Of a DNA stretch of 64,000 nucleotides, positions 1 through 10,324 are shown one piece after another. The stretch's first letter is position 1; the number at the start of each line of letters is the position of its first letter. The notes below the pieces were generated by a model. It was given only the letters and a program-made list of their open reading frames with translations. It did no database searches and was not told the origin of the DNA. The stretch covers positions 15,012 through 79,011 of the forward strand of contig DASSMQ010000006.1 in NCBI GenBank assembly GCA_035688805.1, read 5' to 3'. The position numbers and the translations under genes were made by a program. Source of the DNA: Candidatus Limnocylindrales bacterium. GTDB lineage: Bacteria > Chloroflexota > Limnocylindria > Limnocylindrales > CSP1-4.

Positions 1-678
1 GCCAGCCATGCCATCGTCAAGGGCCGGATCACGGAGCGTGGCGCGCTGCTGCTCGCGGCGATCGCCTTTGCGTCAGCCGTGGCGATCGGCCTCTACCTCG
101 TCTGGCTCCGGGGGCCGGCCATCGTCGGCCTCGGCATCCTCGGGCTCATCGGTGGCTGGGGCTACACCGCGCCACCGCTCCAGTACAAGAATCGAGGCCT
201 GGGCGTGCCGCTCGTGTTCCTGCTCATGGGCCCGCTGATGGTCGGCGGGGCGTATTTCGCGGTCAGCGGCACCTGGTCGCTCACGGCGATCGTGCTGTCG
301 ATCCCGGTCGGGCTGTTGGTCGCCGCCATCCTGCATGGCAACGAGTGGCGCGATATCCGCGAGGACACTCGGGCCGGCATCACGACCCTGTCGTCCCGTA
401 TAGGGCGACGCTGGGCGCACGACGGGTATGTGGCCCTGGTGCTCGGCGCGTACGTCGTCCTCGCCCTGTCGGTCATCGCCCGGGTGCTCCCGGCCCCGAC
501 GATGCTGGCCATCCTGTCGCTGCCCTTCCTCGCCCAGGTGATCCGGTCCGCCGAGCTCGGTGCGACCGGACAGGCCCGGGCCATCGCCATGATCGATCTG
601 CAGACTGCCCGGCTCCACCTCGCCTTCGGGTCGCTGCTGGTCGTCGGGCTGGTGCTGTCCCGGGCCATCGGTGGCTGA
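1..678 (+). CDS. menA: UbiA-family prenyltransferase, MenA-like (1,4-dihydroxy-2-naphthoate polyprenyltransferase); 5' end lies outside the window
   Basis: Frame 1 is open from base 1. The polytopic membrane protein has a MenA-like loop, HGNEWRDIREDTRAGITTLSSRIG (compare NxxRDxxxDxxxGxxTL). It ends at 678 and overlaps the next start. Confidence 0.7.
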   Translation, partial: ASHAIVKGRITERGALLLAAIAFASAVAIGLYLVWLRGPAIVGLGILGLIGGWGYTAPPLQYKNRGLGVPLVFLLMGPLMVGGAYFAVSGTWSLTAIVLSIPVGLLVAAILHGNEWRDIREDTRAGITTLSSRIGRRWAHDGYVALVLGAYVVLALSVIARVLPAPTMLAILSLPFLAQVIRSAELGATGQARAIAMIDLQTARLHLAFGSLLVVGLVLSRAIGG

Positions 679-1348
679 TCGATCCGAAGCGGGCCGGGAC
701 GCCTCGCCCGGGACGGTCGCGCTCGGGCTGCTGGCGGCCCAGGTCGCGTTCGCGGCCACATTCCGCGGACCGCGCCATCGATTCTGGCAGCGGATGACCA
801 TGACCGGGCTGGGGCTGGGTGCCCTGGCGTTGGCGACCAGCGGCACTGCCCGCGCGACCCGTATCGGCGCTCGCGACATCGCGCTCGGCCTCGCCTCGGC
901 GGGGACCCTGTACGCGACGTTCAAGGCCGGCGATGTGTTCGCGCGTCGGTTCGTCCCGGGTGGGGACGCCCAGATCCGCGACATCTACACGCTGCGGACG
1001 CTCCGCCCGAAGGGCGAGATCGCGACGCGGCTGGCGACCGTCATCGGGCCCGCTGAGGAGCTGTTCTGGCGCGGTCTCGTCGCCGATGTGCTCATGACCC
1101 GTTACGGCCGATGGCGCGGGGCAGCGCTGGCGGCCGCAGCGTACGGCGGCGTCCACATCATCACCGGCAACTTCACGCTGTTCGGCGCGGCGGGTATCGC
1201 CGGCGCGCACTGGTGCGCCCTGTACGCGGCCGGGGTCCCGCTCGGGGCGCTGATCGTCAGCCACGTCGCCTGGGATGTCTGGATCTTCCTGCTCCAGCCG
1301 ACCGGCGAGATCGAGCCCATCCGACCCCTGGCGGCCGCGACGGCGTAG
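671..1348 (+). CDS. CPBP-family intramembrane glutamic endopeptidase (CAAX protease-like)
   Basis: Membrane protein with the EELFWRG motif (EExxxR) and a later H-containing helix (GGVHIITGNF). GTG start in an 8-nt overlap with menA. Confidence 0.7.
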   Translation: MADRSEAGRDASPGTVALGLLAAQVAFAATFRGPRHRFWQRMTMTGLGLGALALATSGTARATRIGARDIALGLASAGTLYATFKAGDVFARRFVPGGDAQIRDIYTLRTLRPKGEIATRLATVIGPAEELFWRGLVADVLMTRYGRWRGAALAAAAYGGVHIITGNFTLFGAAGIAGAHWCALYAAGVPLGALIVSHVAWDVWIFLLQPTGEIEPIRPLAAATA

Positions 1349-1391
1349 TCGCCCGCGTTGGTGGGCGGCGCGGTCGGGCGCGGCGACTGCG

Positions 1392-2162
1392 TCAGTCGAG
1401 CCGGACGACCCGGCCGCGGACCGCCCAGGCTCGAGCCGGGATCACGAACGCACCACTCGGAAGCCGTTCGCGAAGGCGTTCGCGCAGCGCGACGCGTCGT
1501 TCGGGATCCAGGCGCACCGTGTAGGCACCCGCCGGACCGACGCCGCGCGTGAAGGGCTCCCACCATTCCGCGAAGCTCGGGTGCTCGAGGTCGGCGACGA
1601 ACGTCACCTCGATGACGTTCTCCAGCCCGGCCTCCATGAAGAGTGCGGCCAGCTGGCCGGCACGGGCGCCCGGCAGCTCGGATTCGTCGGCGACACCGGG
1701 ATCGAGCTCGCGTGCCACGGTCCAGAAGAGGCCGAGCGGACCCAGTCCGCCGGCATGGTCCCAGACGCTCGCGGCAAGGACCCCGTCTGGACGCGTGACA
1801 CGGGCCATCTCCGCGAGGCCCGCGATCGGGTCCGGCATGAAATGGACGACGAGCTGGGCGAGGGCCGCGTCGAAGGCCGCGTCCGGGAACGGCAACGCGT
1901 CGGCCGATGCCTGCCGGACGTCCACGCCCGGGTTCCGCGCTCGCGCAGCCTCGACGAACGGCGCAGACGGGTCGACTGCGGCGACCGACGCCTCGCCGAG
2001 CCGCGTCACCAGCTCGCCCGTGAGCGCCCCCGGGCCACAGCCCACGTCGATGACGCGCTGACCCGGCGCGACGCCGGCGAGATCGGCCAGTTGCGGCGAC
2101 AGCAGCCGCGAATAGCGGCCCATGAACGCGTCATAGGCATCGGCGGCGACGTCGAAACTCAT
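1392..2162 (-). CDS. class I SAM-dependent methyltransferase
   Basis: 256 aa with the motif I sequence VIDVGCGPGALT and a typical Methyltransf_11-like layout. Confidence 0.8.
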   Translation of the reverse strand: MSFDVAADAYDAFMGRYSRLLSPQLADLAGVAPGQRVIDVGCGPGALTGELVTRLGEASVAAVDPSAPFVEAARARNPGVDVRQASADALPFPDAAFDAALAQLVVHFMPDPIAGLAEMARVTRPDGVLAASVWDHAGGLGPLGLFWTVARELDPGVADESELPGARAGQLAALFMEAGLENVIEVTFVADLEHPSFAEWWEPFTRGVGPAGAYTVRLDPERRVALRERLRERLPSGAFVIPARAWAVRGRVVRLD

Positions 2163-2471
2163 CGGGTGAGGGTACGGCGTTGCAGGAAGAGAGATAGCGA
2201 ATACGCGGGTACGTGGACTGAGAGTGCGCCCGACACAGTCCCCGACGATGCATCCATCCGATTCGGGTCGAGCATGCGGGCGCTCCGTCGCCGGAAGCGT
2301 TGGACCCAGCAGCGCCTCGCCGACGCGGTTCGGGTGTCCCGCTCGGTGATCGCGGGAACAGCGCCGGATCGCGCCGCGCGAAGCTCGGGCCGCTCGACCG
2401 CTCGGGCCGCGCGAACGCCGGGGCCGCGTGAACGCCCGGCGCCGCGTGAGCCCCCGAGCCGATGCCCGGGG

Positions 2472-4421
2472 TCAGACCTCCTTGAACTCGCCCTCGACGG
2501 CCTCGTCGCCTTCGGCCGCGCCGGGCTCGCCAGCGCCTTCCGCGCCACCCGCTCCGCCCTCGCCGCCGGCACCATCGCCGGAGCCGTTCGACGGCCCGGC
2601 TTCGGACGCGGACGCCTGGTAGGCGGCCGTCGACACCCGCTGGAGGGTCTCGGCGAGCGCCGTCGCTCCGGTCCGGACCGCGCCGACGTCGGAGCCCTTC
2701 AGGGCCTCGCGGAGCGAGGACACCTGGTTCTCGACCTCGAGCTTGTCCTCGGACGAGACCTTCTCGCCCAGGTCTTTCAGGGTCCGTTCGGCCTGGAACG
2801 TGAGCGCCTCGGCCTGGTTGCGGACCTCGACCTCCTCGCGCCGCTGCTTGTCCTCGTCGGCGTGCTCGGCCGCGTCGCGCACCATCTGGTCGACGGCGTC
2901 CTTCGACAGCATCGACGAGGCGGTGATCCGGACCTGCTGCTCTTTGCTGGTCGCCCGGTCCTTGGCCTTCACATCGAGGATGCCATTCGCGTCGATGTCG
3001 AACGTGACCTCGATCTGGGGCACGCCCCGTGGAGCCGGCGGGATCCCGTCGAGGATGAACCGGCCGAGGGTCTTGTTGTCCGCCGCGAAGTCGCGCTCGC
3101 CCTGGAGGACGTGGATCTCGACCTGCGACTGCGAGTCGCTGGCGGTCGAGAAGACCTGGGACTTCGAGGTCGGGATGGTCGTGTTCCGCTCGATGAGCTT
3201 GGTCATGACGCCACCGAGCGTTTCGATGCCGAGCGACAGCGGCGTGACGTCGAGCAAGAGGACGTCCTTGACGTCACCCGCCAGGACCCCGGCCTGGATG
3301 GCGGCACCGATGGCCACGACCTCGTCCGGGTTCACGCCCTTGTGCGGCTCCTTGCCGCCGAACATCTTCTTGACCGCCTCGACGACGGCGGGCATCCGGG
3401 TCATGCCACCGACCAGGATCACCTCGTCGATGTCGCCGGGCTTGAGGCCGGCGTCCTTGAGGGCTGCCGACACCGGACCCTCGGTCTTCGACACGAGGTC
3501 GGCGACCAGATCCTCGAGCTTGGCTCGCGAGAGCGAGAGCACGAGGTGTTTCGGGCCGGACGCGTCGGCGGTGACGTAGGGCAGGTTGATCTCGGTCGTC
3601 GCGGTCGAGCTCAGCTCGATCTTGGCCTTCTCGGCGGCCTCCTTGAGCCGCTGGAGCGCCTGCTGGTCCTTGGACAGGTCGATGCCCTGGTCCTTCTTGA
3701 ATTCGGCCAGCAGCCAGTCGATGACGCGCTGGTCGAAGTCGTCGCCACCGAGGTGGGTGTCGCCGTTGGTCGCCTTGACCTCGAAGACGCCCTCACCGAG
3801 TTCGAGGATCGAGATGTCGAACGTGCCGCCACCGAGGTCGTATACGGCGATCTTCTCGTCGTGCTTCTTGTCCAGCCCGTAGGCCAGGGCCGAGGCGGTC
3901 GGCTCGTTGATGATCCGCTTGACGTCGAGGCCGGCGATCCGGCCGGCGTCCTTGGTCGCCTGCCGCTGGGTGTCGTCGAAATAGGCCGGGACCGTGATGA
4001 CGGCCTCCGTGATCTTCTCGCCGAGATACGCCTCCGCGTCGGTCTTGAGCTTCTGGAGGATCATCGCGCTGATCTCGGGCGGCGTGTACGTCTTGCCGTC
4101 GGCCAGCTTGACCGCGACCCCATCGGAGTTGGGGTCCTTCTCCATCTTGTAGGGGACGAGCTCGCGCGAACGCTTCACTTCGGGGTCGTCCCAGCGGCGA
4201 CCCATGAAGCGCTTGATCGAATAGACCGTATTGGTCGGATTGGTGACGGCCTGGCGCTTGGCCAGCTGGCCGACCAATCGCTCGCCCGTCTTGGTGAACG
4301 CGACGACCGACGGAACGGTCCGGCCGCCCTCTGCCGACGCGATGACGGTCGGCTCGCCGCCCTCCATGACGGCGACGACGGAGTTCGTCGTGCCAAGGTC
4401 GATGCCGATGATCTTGCCCAT
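2472..4421 (-). CDS. dnaK: molecular chaperone DnaK (Hsp70)
   Basis: 649 aa beginning [13 protein letters not shown], with DLGGGTFD, the full Hsp70 signature set and an acidic Gly-rich C-terminus. Confidence 0.98.
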   Translation of the reverse strand: MGKIIGIDLGTTNSVVAVMEGGEPTVIASAEGGRTVPSVVAFTKTGERLVGQLAKRQAVTNPTNTVYSIKRFMGRRWDDPEVKRSRELVPYKMEKDPNSDGVAVKLADGKTYTPPEISAMILQKLKTDAEAYLGEKITEAVITVPAYFDDTQRQATKDAGRIAGLDVKRIINEPTASALAYGLDKKHDEKIAVYDLGGGTFDISILELGEGVFEVKATNGDTHLGGDDFDQRVIDWLLAEFKKDQGIDLSKDQQALQRLKEAAEKAKIELSSTATTEINLPYVTADASGPKHLVLSLSRAKLEDLVADLVSKTEGPVSAALKDAGLKPGDIDEVILVGGMTRMPAVVEAVKKMFGGKEPHKGVNPDEVVAIGAAIQAGVLAGDVKDVLLLDVTPLSLGIETLGGVMTKLIERNTTIPTSKSQVFSTASDSQSQVEIHVLQGERDFAADNKTLGRFILDGIPPAPRGVPQIEVTFDIDANGILDVKAKDRATSKEQQVRITASSMLSKDAVDQMVRDAAEHADEDKQRREEVEVRNQAEALTFQAERTLKDLGEKVSSEDKLEVENQVSSLREALKGSDVGAVRTGATALAETLQRVSTAAYQASASEAGPSNGSGDGAGGEGGAGGAEGAGEPGAAEGDEAVEGEFKEV

Positions 4422-4466
4422 GGTGTGTGTTCGCTCCTCGCTCGGGATGGCTCGTTCGGTCGGTGG

Positions 4467-5045
4467 TCAGTCGGGTCGATCGGTGGTGGTCGGTTCAGAC
4501 GCGGCGGCGACGGCCACGAGGGCCGGCCGCAGGACGCGGTCGCGCAGTCGGTAACCACGCCGGACCTGCTCGACGATCTCGCCCTCGGCCCGGCCGCTGC
4601 CGGGGACGTTGGCGATCGCGTCGTGCTCGCGCGGATCGAAGGCGGTGCCGGGTTGCGCGTCGATGGCGCTCACGCCCTCGCTTTCGAGCAGGGTCCGGAG
4701 CTTGCGGTCGATGGCGGCGACGCCGTCGAACCACGGGTCCGTGGCGATGGCGTCGGGTCGCGCGTCGATCGCTCGATCGAAGTCGTCGGCCACGGCGAGC
4801 ACCTTGCGGATCAGGTCCTCGCCGGCCAGGCCGAGGTCGCGCTCGCGCTCCTCGGCGGTGCGTCGCTTGAAGTTGAGGAACTCGGCACGTTCTCGCTGCA
4901 GGGCGCCGAGGTACTCCTCGGCCTCCGTCCGGGCCGCGGCAAGCTCGCCGCGCACCGCCTCGAGATCCGCCAACAGCTTGGTCGGCCGGATGTCGATGTC
5001 CTCGGCGCGCTCCTGGGCGCGGGTCCGGTGTCGCGGTTCAGGCAT
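4467..5045 (-). CDS. grpE: nucleotide exchange factor GrpE
   Basis: 192 aa with a coiled-coil N-terminus and a GrpE core (FLNFKRR ... FDPREHDAI). The start overlaps the hrcA stop by 8 nt. Confidence 0.92.
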   Translation of the reverse strand: MPEPRHRTRAQERAEDIDIRPTKLLADLEAVRGELAAARTEAEEYLGALQRERAEFLNFKRRTAEERERDLGLAGEDLIRKVLAVADDFDRAIDARPDAIATDPWFDGVAAIDRKLRTLLESEGVSAIDAQPGTAFDPREHDAIANVPGSGRAEGEIVEQVRRGYRLRDRVLRPALVAVAAASEPTTTDRPD

Positions 5046-6108
5046 ACAGGTGGTCCACCAGCTCGTTCAGGAGACCGGACACGAACGTCACCGTGCCGAT
5101 CGCGTGGGGATAGCTCATGCGCGTCGGCCCGAGCACACCGACGACGCCCAGCGCGCGGCCCGGTCGCCCGTACGGGGCGAGCACGAGCGACACGTCGTGC
5201 ATCTCGGCCCGAGCGTTCTCGGCGCCGATCACGACCCGGATCCGACCCGACCCGGCGACGCTGCCGACCAGCTCGCCGAGGTACGCCCGGTTCTCCAGGG
5301 CCGTGAAGACCTGGCGCAGCTTGTCGCTCTGGGCGAACTCGGGCGCCTCCATGACGTTGAGCAGCCCGTCGGAGAAGACCTCCTCGACCGCGGCCGCGTC
5401 GTAATCGCGCAGGATCCGGACGATCCGGTCCCCGACGCGCTGGGCGACGCGCTGCACGGGGTCGGCACGGTCGAAGCGGGCCAGCGTGGCCTCGGCGGCG
5501 GTAGCCGTCGCCTCGAGCAGGTGCTCGTTGAGCATCGCCGCGACCCGGTTGAGGGTGGCTTGATCGACCGCGTCCGTCTCGTCGAGGGTGACCGCCGCCT
5601 GCTTGATGGCACCCTCCCGGAGGACCAGGATGAGGCTGGCCATCCGTTCGTTGACCGCGACGAGGTCGACCCGGCGGATGTGGGCGACCGCGGGCTTGGC
5701 CGGCGTCGCCAGACCCGCCGACCGGGTGAGGCCGGCCAGGGTCGTCGCCGCGAGGCGGAACCAGTGCTCGCTCGCGAATTCGACCTGACCGAACTGGTGG
5801 CGGATCATCAGCTGCTCGACCGGCGGCAGGGGAGAGGCATCGACGATCGATTCGACGTAGAACCGATACCCGGCGTCGGTCGGCATGCGCCCGGCGCTGG
5901 TATGCGGATGGCTCAGCAACCCAGCCATCTCCAGCTCAGCCAGGATGTTGCGGACGGTCGCGCTGGACACGCCGAGGGCGTAGCGCTCGACGAGTGCCAG
6001 ACTGCCGACCGGCTGGGCGGTGGTGACGTATTCCTCGATGACGGCCCGAAGGATCGCCTGAGAGCGGAGGTCCAACGGGCCGAGCGGGCGGCGGATCCGT
6101 CGCGCCAA
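5038..6108 (-). CDS. hrcA: heat-inducible transcription repressor HrcA
   Basis: 356 aa with an N-terminal wHTH (ILRAVIEEYVTTAQPVGS ... SSATVRN) and a CIRCE operator 20 nt upstream. Confidence 0.95.
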   Translation of the reverse strand: MARRIRRPLGPLDLRSQAILRAVIEEYVTTAQPVGSLALVERYALGVSSATVRNILAELEMAGLLSHPHTSAGRMPTDAGYRFYVESIVDASPLPPVEQLMIRHQFGQVEFASEHWFRLAATTLAGLTRSAGLATPAKPAVAHIRRVDLVAVNERMASLILVLREGAIKQAAVTLDETDAVDQATLNRVAAMLNEHLLEATATAAEATLARFDRADPVQRVAQRVGDRIVRILRDYDAAAVEEVFSDGLLNVMEAPEFAQSDKLRQVFTALENRAYLGELVGSVAGSGRIRVVIGAENARAEMHDVSLVLAPYGRPGRALGVVGVLGPTRMSYPHAIGTVTFVSGLLNELVDHLYA

Positions 6109-6127
6109 ACTCGTTCTCCGGTGGTAG

Positions 6128-6154
6128 TTAGCACTCGATGGGTGAGAGTGCTAA
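6128..6154 (-). promoter_or_regulatory. CIRCE operator (HrcA binding site), TTAGCACTC-N9-GAGTGCTAA
   Basis: Perfect match to the CIRCE consensus, read directly: ttagcactc gatgggtga gagtgctaa. It sits between the candidate promoter and the hrcA start. Confidence 0.95.
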
Positions 6155-6167
6155 CGGGTCGGGAGGC

Positions 6168-6197
6168 ATCGTAGCAGTCGCCGGTCGGGAGTGTCAA
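6168..6197 (-). promoter_or_regulatory. candidate sigma-A promoter of hrcA-grpE-dnaK
   Basis: On the minus strand: TTGACA (6192-6197), an 18-nt spacer, then TACGAT (6168-6173), 13 nt upstream of CIRCE. Confidence 0.6.
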
Positions 6198-6221
6198 CGC
6201 GTGGTCGGCGTCGCGGAGCTC

Positions 6222-7454
6222 CTAGACGAGGCGCTGGAACAACTCGTTGGAGAGCAGCCGTCCACGAGTGGTCAGCACGACGCGCTCCTGTGGCGTCACC
6301 GAGAGCAGCCCAGCGGCGAGCGCCCAGCCGAACGCGTCGGCCAGGGGCGCTTCGTGGGCCGTCGCCAAGGCCACCCCGGTGTCGAGACGCAGCCCGAGGA
6401 TGACGGCCTCAGCCGCGGCGGTCACCGGATCCAGCCGATCGACGCCGCCCGGCGGGAGCGACGGGGTCGAGCCGGCGAGGGCGGCCACGTATCGGTCCAG
6501 CCGCGCCGCGGTCCATCGCCGTGTCTCGCCATCGAATGCATGGGCGCCCGGACCGACCGCCTCGTGCGGCTGCCGCTGCCAGTACACCAGGTTGTGGCGG
6601 CTCTCGTGGCCGGCCTTCGCCCAGTTCGAGATCTCGTACCCGCGGTAGCCGGCCTCGCCGAGCGCGATGGATGCGGCGTGGTATTGGGCCGCAGCCCGGT
6701 CCTCGTCCTGTCCCGGCCTGACCGCGTCGCGCCAGCGGCGCGCACCCTTGGTCGTCGGCAGGTGGTCGCCATCGAGGCCCGTGAGGCCCTCGGCGTCGGG
6801 GTCGTCGAGGGTCAGGGCGTAGAGCGACAGGTGATCCGGTTCGAGCGCCAGCGCCCGGTCGAGCGTCGCCAGCCACGTGGCGAGGTCACTGTCCGGGATG
6901 TCGTATAGCAGATCGACGTTGATCGAGCCGATGCCCGCCGCGCGCGCCGCCGCGACCGCGTCGGCCACGTGGCGCGATCGATGGCGTCGGCCGAGCTTGC
7001 GCAGCTCCGTGTCGTCGAACGACTGGGCCCCGAACGAGAGCCGCGTGACGCCCGCCCGGCGGAGGGCCGCGGGATCGCCACGCTCATCCGGCCCGGGGTT
7101 CGCCTCGGCCGTGATCTCGGCACCGTCGGCGATTCCGAACCGGTCACGGATCCGGCTCAGCAGTCGTTCGATCGAGGCGGCCGGCAGCAGCGTCGGCGTG
7201 CCGCCACCGAGGTACACGCTCGCGAGTGCCGGCCGACCGTCATCTCCCGGGGCCCCGAACGCCTGGTCCAGGGCGTCGGCTCGCAACTCGATCTCGACGA
7301 GGAGCGCATCCAGGAACTGCCCGATCCGGTTGCGCGGGCCACGGGCCGCCGATCCGGCGATCACCACGAAATCGCAGTACGGACACAGCGAGACGCAGAA
7401 CGGGATGTGGACGTAGAGGGCGACCGGGGGGTCGGCGGCCATCGGCCGAGCCAT
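6222..7454 (-). CDS. hemW: radical SAM heme chaperone HemW / oxygen-independent coproporphyrinogen-III oxidase-like (HemN family)
   Basis: Contains YVHIPFCVSLCPYCDF (the CxxxCxxC radical SAM motif). Start chosen at the ATG at 7454, immediately after the upstream gene's stop; the longer ORF to 7658 would overlap that gene. Confidence 0.85.
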   Translation of the reverse strand: MARPMAADPPVALYVHIPFCVSLCPYCDFVVIAGSAARGPRNRIGQFLDALLVEIELRADALDQAFGAPGDDGRPALASVYLGGGTPTLLPAASIERLLSRIRDRFGIADGAEITAEANPGPDERGDPAALRRAGVTRLSFGAQSFDDTELRKLGRRHRSRHVADAVAAARAAGIGSINVDLLYDIPDSDLATWLATLDRALALEPDHLSLYALTLDDPDAEGLTGLDGDHLPTTKGARRWRDAVRPGQDEDRAAAQYHAASIALGEAGYRGYEISNWAKAGHESRHNLVYWQRQPHEAVGPGAHAFDGETRRWTAARLDRYVAALAGSTPSLPPGGVDRLDPVTAAAEAVILGLRLDTGVALATAHEAPLADAFGWALAAGLLSVTPQERVVLTTRGRLLSNELFQRLV

Positions 7455-7456
7455 CG

Positions 7457-8227
7457 TCAGCGGTCCCGCTGAGCGGACTCCCGACTCCCGATGACCCGCC
7501 AGCCATCCGGCGGCCGACGCCGTCGGTCGATCTCTTCGACCTCGCGTCCCTTCGGCAGGGTCTGGCCGGTGTGGCCCGTACAGAGGAAGACGGCGAACCG
7601 GGTGGCCGCGTGCCCCAGGAAGGCCGCCGCGATGCCGCCGGTGATCGCCGTCAGCCAACCGGCGATGAGCCCGATCGCCAGCGTCAGGACCAGCAGATAT
7701 CGATCACGACCGGGCGCCCCGAGCCGGGTGGACAGGGCGTAGAGCAGGGCCTGGACCACGTTCGCGAGGTTCGGGTCGAGGCCCACGGTCAGCATCATCC
7801 CGAACAGCGCGCCGCGGAACGTGGCCTCGTCGACGAACGCGGTCGCCGTCGAGTTGAGCAATGCGCCCGGGTACGAGGCCATGTCCGGGAACCGGATCCG
7901 CTGGTAGCGCAGGGTCGCGAACGCGATGGCCTGGGCGATGCCCAGCCCGGCGAAGATCAGGCCGCCGAATACCGCCCCCAGCCGATCGCCGGTCCCGAGG
8001 TACAGCTGGGTCGTCGAGTGGGGGTGGATGTAGGCGATCGCGATCACGAGCGCCGCCCCGAGCGCGTACCAGGCGATCCGCCGGCGGACCCGCGGCCGCT
8101 CGCCGTCTCGGGTGCTCTCGTAGTACTCGGCGGTCCCGAACCGCTCGGCATCGAGGCGCAGCAGGATCAGGAGCATCACGAGACCGACGACGATCCAGCC
8201 GCGGGACAGGTCGAACAGGCCCTGCAC
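7457..8227 (-). CDS. CPBP-family intramembrane protease-like membrane protein
   Basis: Polytopic membrane protein with FVDEATFRGALFG and FLGHAATRF motifs. The GTG at 8227 lies 6 nt after the lepA stop. The start is uncertain because the ORF extends to 8371. Confidence 0.55.
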   Translation of the reverse strand: MQGLFDLSRGWIVVGLVMLLILLRLDAERFGTAEYYESTRDGERPRVRRRIAWYALGAALVIAIAYIHPHSTTQLYLGTGDRLGAVFGGLIFAGLGIAQAIAFATLRYQRIRFPDMASYPGALLNSTATAFVDEATFRGALFGMMLTVGLDPNLANVVQALLYALSTRLGAPGRDRYLLVLTLAIGLIAGWLTAITGGIAAAFLGHAATRFAVFLCTGHTGQTLPKGREVEEIDRRRRPPDGWRVIGSRESAQRDR

Positions 8228-8232
8228 GCCCG

Positions 8233-10044
8233 TCAACCCTCGTCCATGCGCAACATCGCCAGGAAGGCCTCCTGCGGGATCTCGACCGACCCCACCCGCT
8301 TCATCCGCTGCTTCCCCTCTTTCTGCTTCTCGAGGAGCTTGCGCTTGCGGGTGATGTCGCCACCGTAACACTTGGCCAGCACGTTCTTGCGCATCGCGCG
8401 GACCGTTTCGCGGGCGATCACGTTGCTGCCGATCGCAGCCTGGATCGGGATCTCGAACATCTGGCGCGGGATCAGCTGCTTGAGTCGCTCGGCGAGCGCC
8501 CGGCCGGTCGACGGGGCGCGGTCACGGTGCACGATGATGCTGAGCGCGTCGACGGGTTCGCCGTTCACCAGGATGTCGACCTTGGCGAGCTCGGCCGGTC
8601 GATAGCCGAGCTCCTCGTAGTCCATCGACGCGTAGCCCTGGCTGCGACTCTTGAGCTGGTCGAAGTAGTCGACGATCAGCTCGGCCAGAGGCATCTCGAA
8701 ATGGAGCACGACGCGGGTAGGGTCGAGGTACTCCATGTCGATGAACTCCCCGCGCCGGTTGGTCGAGAGCTCCATCAGCGCGCCGATGTACTGGCTGGGA
8801 CTGACGACGCTGAGGCTGACCCACGGCTCATCGATGGACTCGATCTCGGACGGACCGGGTAGACGGGCCGGGTTATCGACTACCACCAGGCCCCGGCCGT
8901 GCTGGAGGTGGACGTGGTATTCGACCGACGGGGCCGAGGCGATGAGGTCGAGACCGAACTCGCGCTCGAGGCGTTCCTGGACGATCTCCATGTGGAGCAG
9001 CCCGAGGAACCCGCACCGGAACCCGAACCCGAGGGCCACCGAACTCTCCGGCTCGAACGTGAAGCTCGCATCGTTGAGGTGGAGCTTGTCGAGTGCCTCC
9101 CGCAATTCGGGGTAGTCCTCGCCGCTGACCGGGTAGATGCCGGCGAAGACGAGGCTCTTGGCGGCCTGGTAGCCGGGCAGTGGCTGGGCCGCCGGCCGTG
9201 CCTGGGTCGTGACCGTATCGCCGACCTGGGCCTCGCGCACGTTCTTGAGCCCCGTCGCGACGTAGCCGACCTCCCCGGCGGTCAGCTGGCGGACCGGGAC
9301 GAGCTGGGGTCGGAAGACGCCGAGCTCGAGGGGCTCGGCGACCGCGCCACTGGCCATCAACCGGATCGGATCGTTGGCACGCAGGGTGCCCTGGGCGAGC
9401 CGGACGTAGACGATCACGCCCTTGTAGGCGTCGTAGTGGCTGTCGAAGATCAGGCCCTGGACCGGTGCCGCCGGGTCACCCTTCGGGGCGGGGATGCGCT
9501 CGACGACCGCCTCGAGGATGTCGATGACGCCGGTGCCGTCCTTGGCGCTCGCCAGGATGACCTCCTCGCGCGGGATGGCCAGGACGGTCTCCAGCTCCTC
9601 GATGATGGTGTCGGGATCGGCCGACGGCAGGTCGATCTTGTTGAGCACCGGGATCAGCGTGAGGTTCTCGCGCAGGGCCAGGTGGACGTTGGCCAGGGTC
9701 TGGGCCTCGATGCCCTGGGTCGCGTCGACGACGAGGATAGCGCCCTCACACGCCTGCAGGCTGTGGCTGACCTCGTAGGCGAAGTCGACGTGTCCCGGGG
9801 TGTCGATCAGGTTGAGGCCGTAAGTAAGACCGTCGCGGGCGGTGTACTCGAGGCGCACGGCGCGGGCCTTGATCGTGATGCCCTTCTCGCGCTCGAGATC
9901 CATCGAGTCGAGCACTTGGCTGGTCATCTGCCGGGCGTCGATCGTGTGGGTCAGCTCGAGCAACCGGTCCGCCAGCGTCGACTTGCCGTGATCGATGTGG
10001 GCGATGATCGAGAAGTTGCGCAGGCGCTCCTGGGGGATGGTCAC
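8233..10044 (-). CDS. lepA: translation elongation factor 4 (LepA)
   Basis: 603 aa beginning [20 protein letters not shown], with [12 protein letters not shown] and the LepA-specific C-terminal domain. Confidence 0.97.
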   Translation of the reverse strand: MTIPQERLRNFSIIAHIDHGKSTLADRLLELTHTIDARQMTSQVLDSMDLEREKGITIKARAVRLEYTARDGLTYGLNLIDTPGHVDFAYEVSHSLQACEGAILVVDATQGIEAQTLANVHLALRENLTLIPVLNKIDLPSADPDTIIEELETVLAIPREEVILASAKDGTGVIDILEAVVERIPAPKGDPAAPVQGLIFDSHYDAYKGVIVYVRLAQGTLRANDPIRLMASGAVAEPLELGVFRPQLVPVRQLTAGEVGYVATGLKNVREAQVGDTVTTQARPAAQPLPGYQAAKSLVFAGIYPVSGEDYPELREALDKLHLNDASFTFEPESSVALGFGFRCGFLGLLHMEIVQERLEREFGLDLIASAPSVEYHVHLQHGRGLVVVDNPARLPGPSEIESIDEPWVSLSVVSPSQYIGALMELSTNRRGEFIDMEYLDPTRVVLHFEMPLAELIVDYFDQLKSRSQGYASMDYEELGYRPAELAKVDILVNGEPVDALSIIVHRDRAPSTGRALAERLKQLIPRQMFEIPIQAAIGSNVIARETVRAMRKNVLAKCYGGDITRKRKLLEKQKEGKQRMKRVGSVEIPQEAFLAMLRMDEG

Positions 10045-10324
10045 GAGGCGGGAGTGTAGCGGGCGCGGAGCCGCCGACTACTCGTGTGCCTACGGCAGGA
10101 CCGCCATCGTCGCTTCGCGTGGAGTCGTGAGAGGACTGCCATCCGGCATTGGTCGGCAGGTATCTTCAGGCCTGGTTTCCGTAGGACGTACCCAAGAGCG
10201 ATCTGACGTGGAGCGACCATTCCGAGTCACGCGGCGAATACACCCAAAGAAGCTCGTTCCTGGCTCCACGCCACCGGCGACCTGACTCTCGCGGCGCCGC
10301 TTCGCAGGGGCAACCCCCCGAGGA

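Noticed and set aside
2274-2360. An XRE-family HTH-like peptide (MRALRRRKRWTQQRLADAVRVSRSVIAG) on the plus strand in the dnaK-methyltransferase gap.
   Set aside because: The similarity covers only ~28 aa and is lost where the recognition-helix continuation should be. The frame has no stop and runs antisense into dnaK. At best it is a decayed remnant, so it is not called as a gene.
1275-5306. 1343-aa ORF on the plus strand. Similar giant ORFs occur at 24358-27117 (+), 50692-53376 (+) and 27193-29088 (-), along with many others in the six-frame track.
   Set aside because: They run antisense to unambiguous genes (dnaK/grpE, dnaE2, obg/M23, GH18). They translate to Arg/Gly/Asp/Pro-rich low-complexity sequence. 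They are the expected stop-codon-poor shadow frames of a ~70% GC genome.
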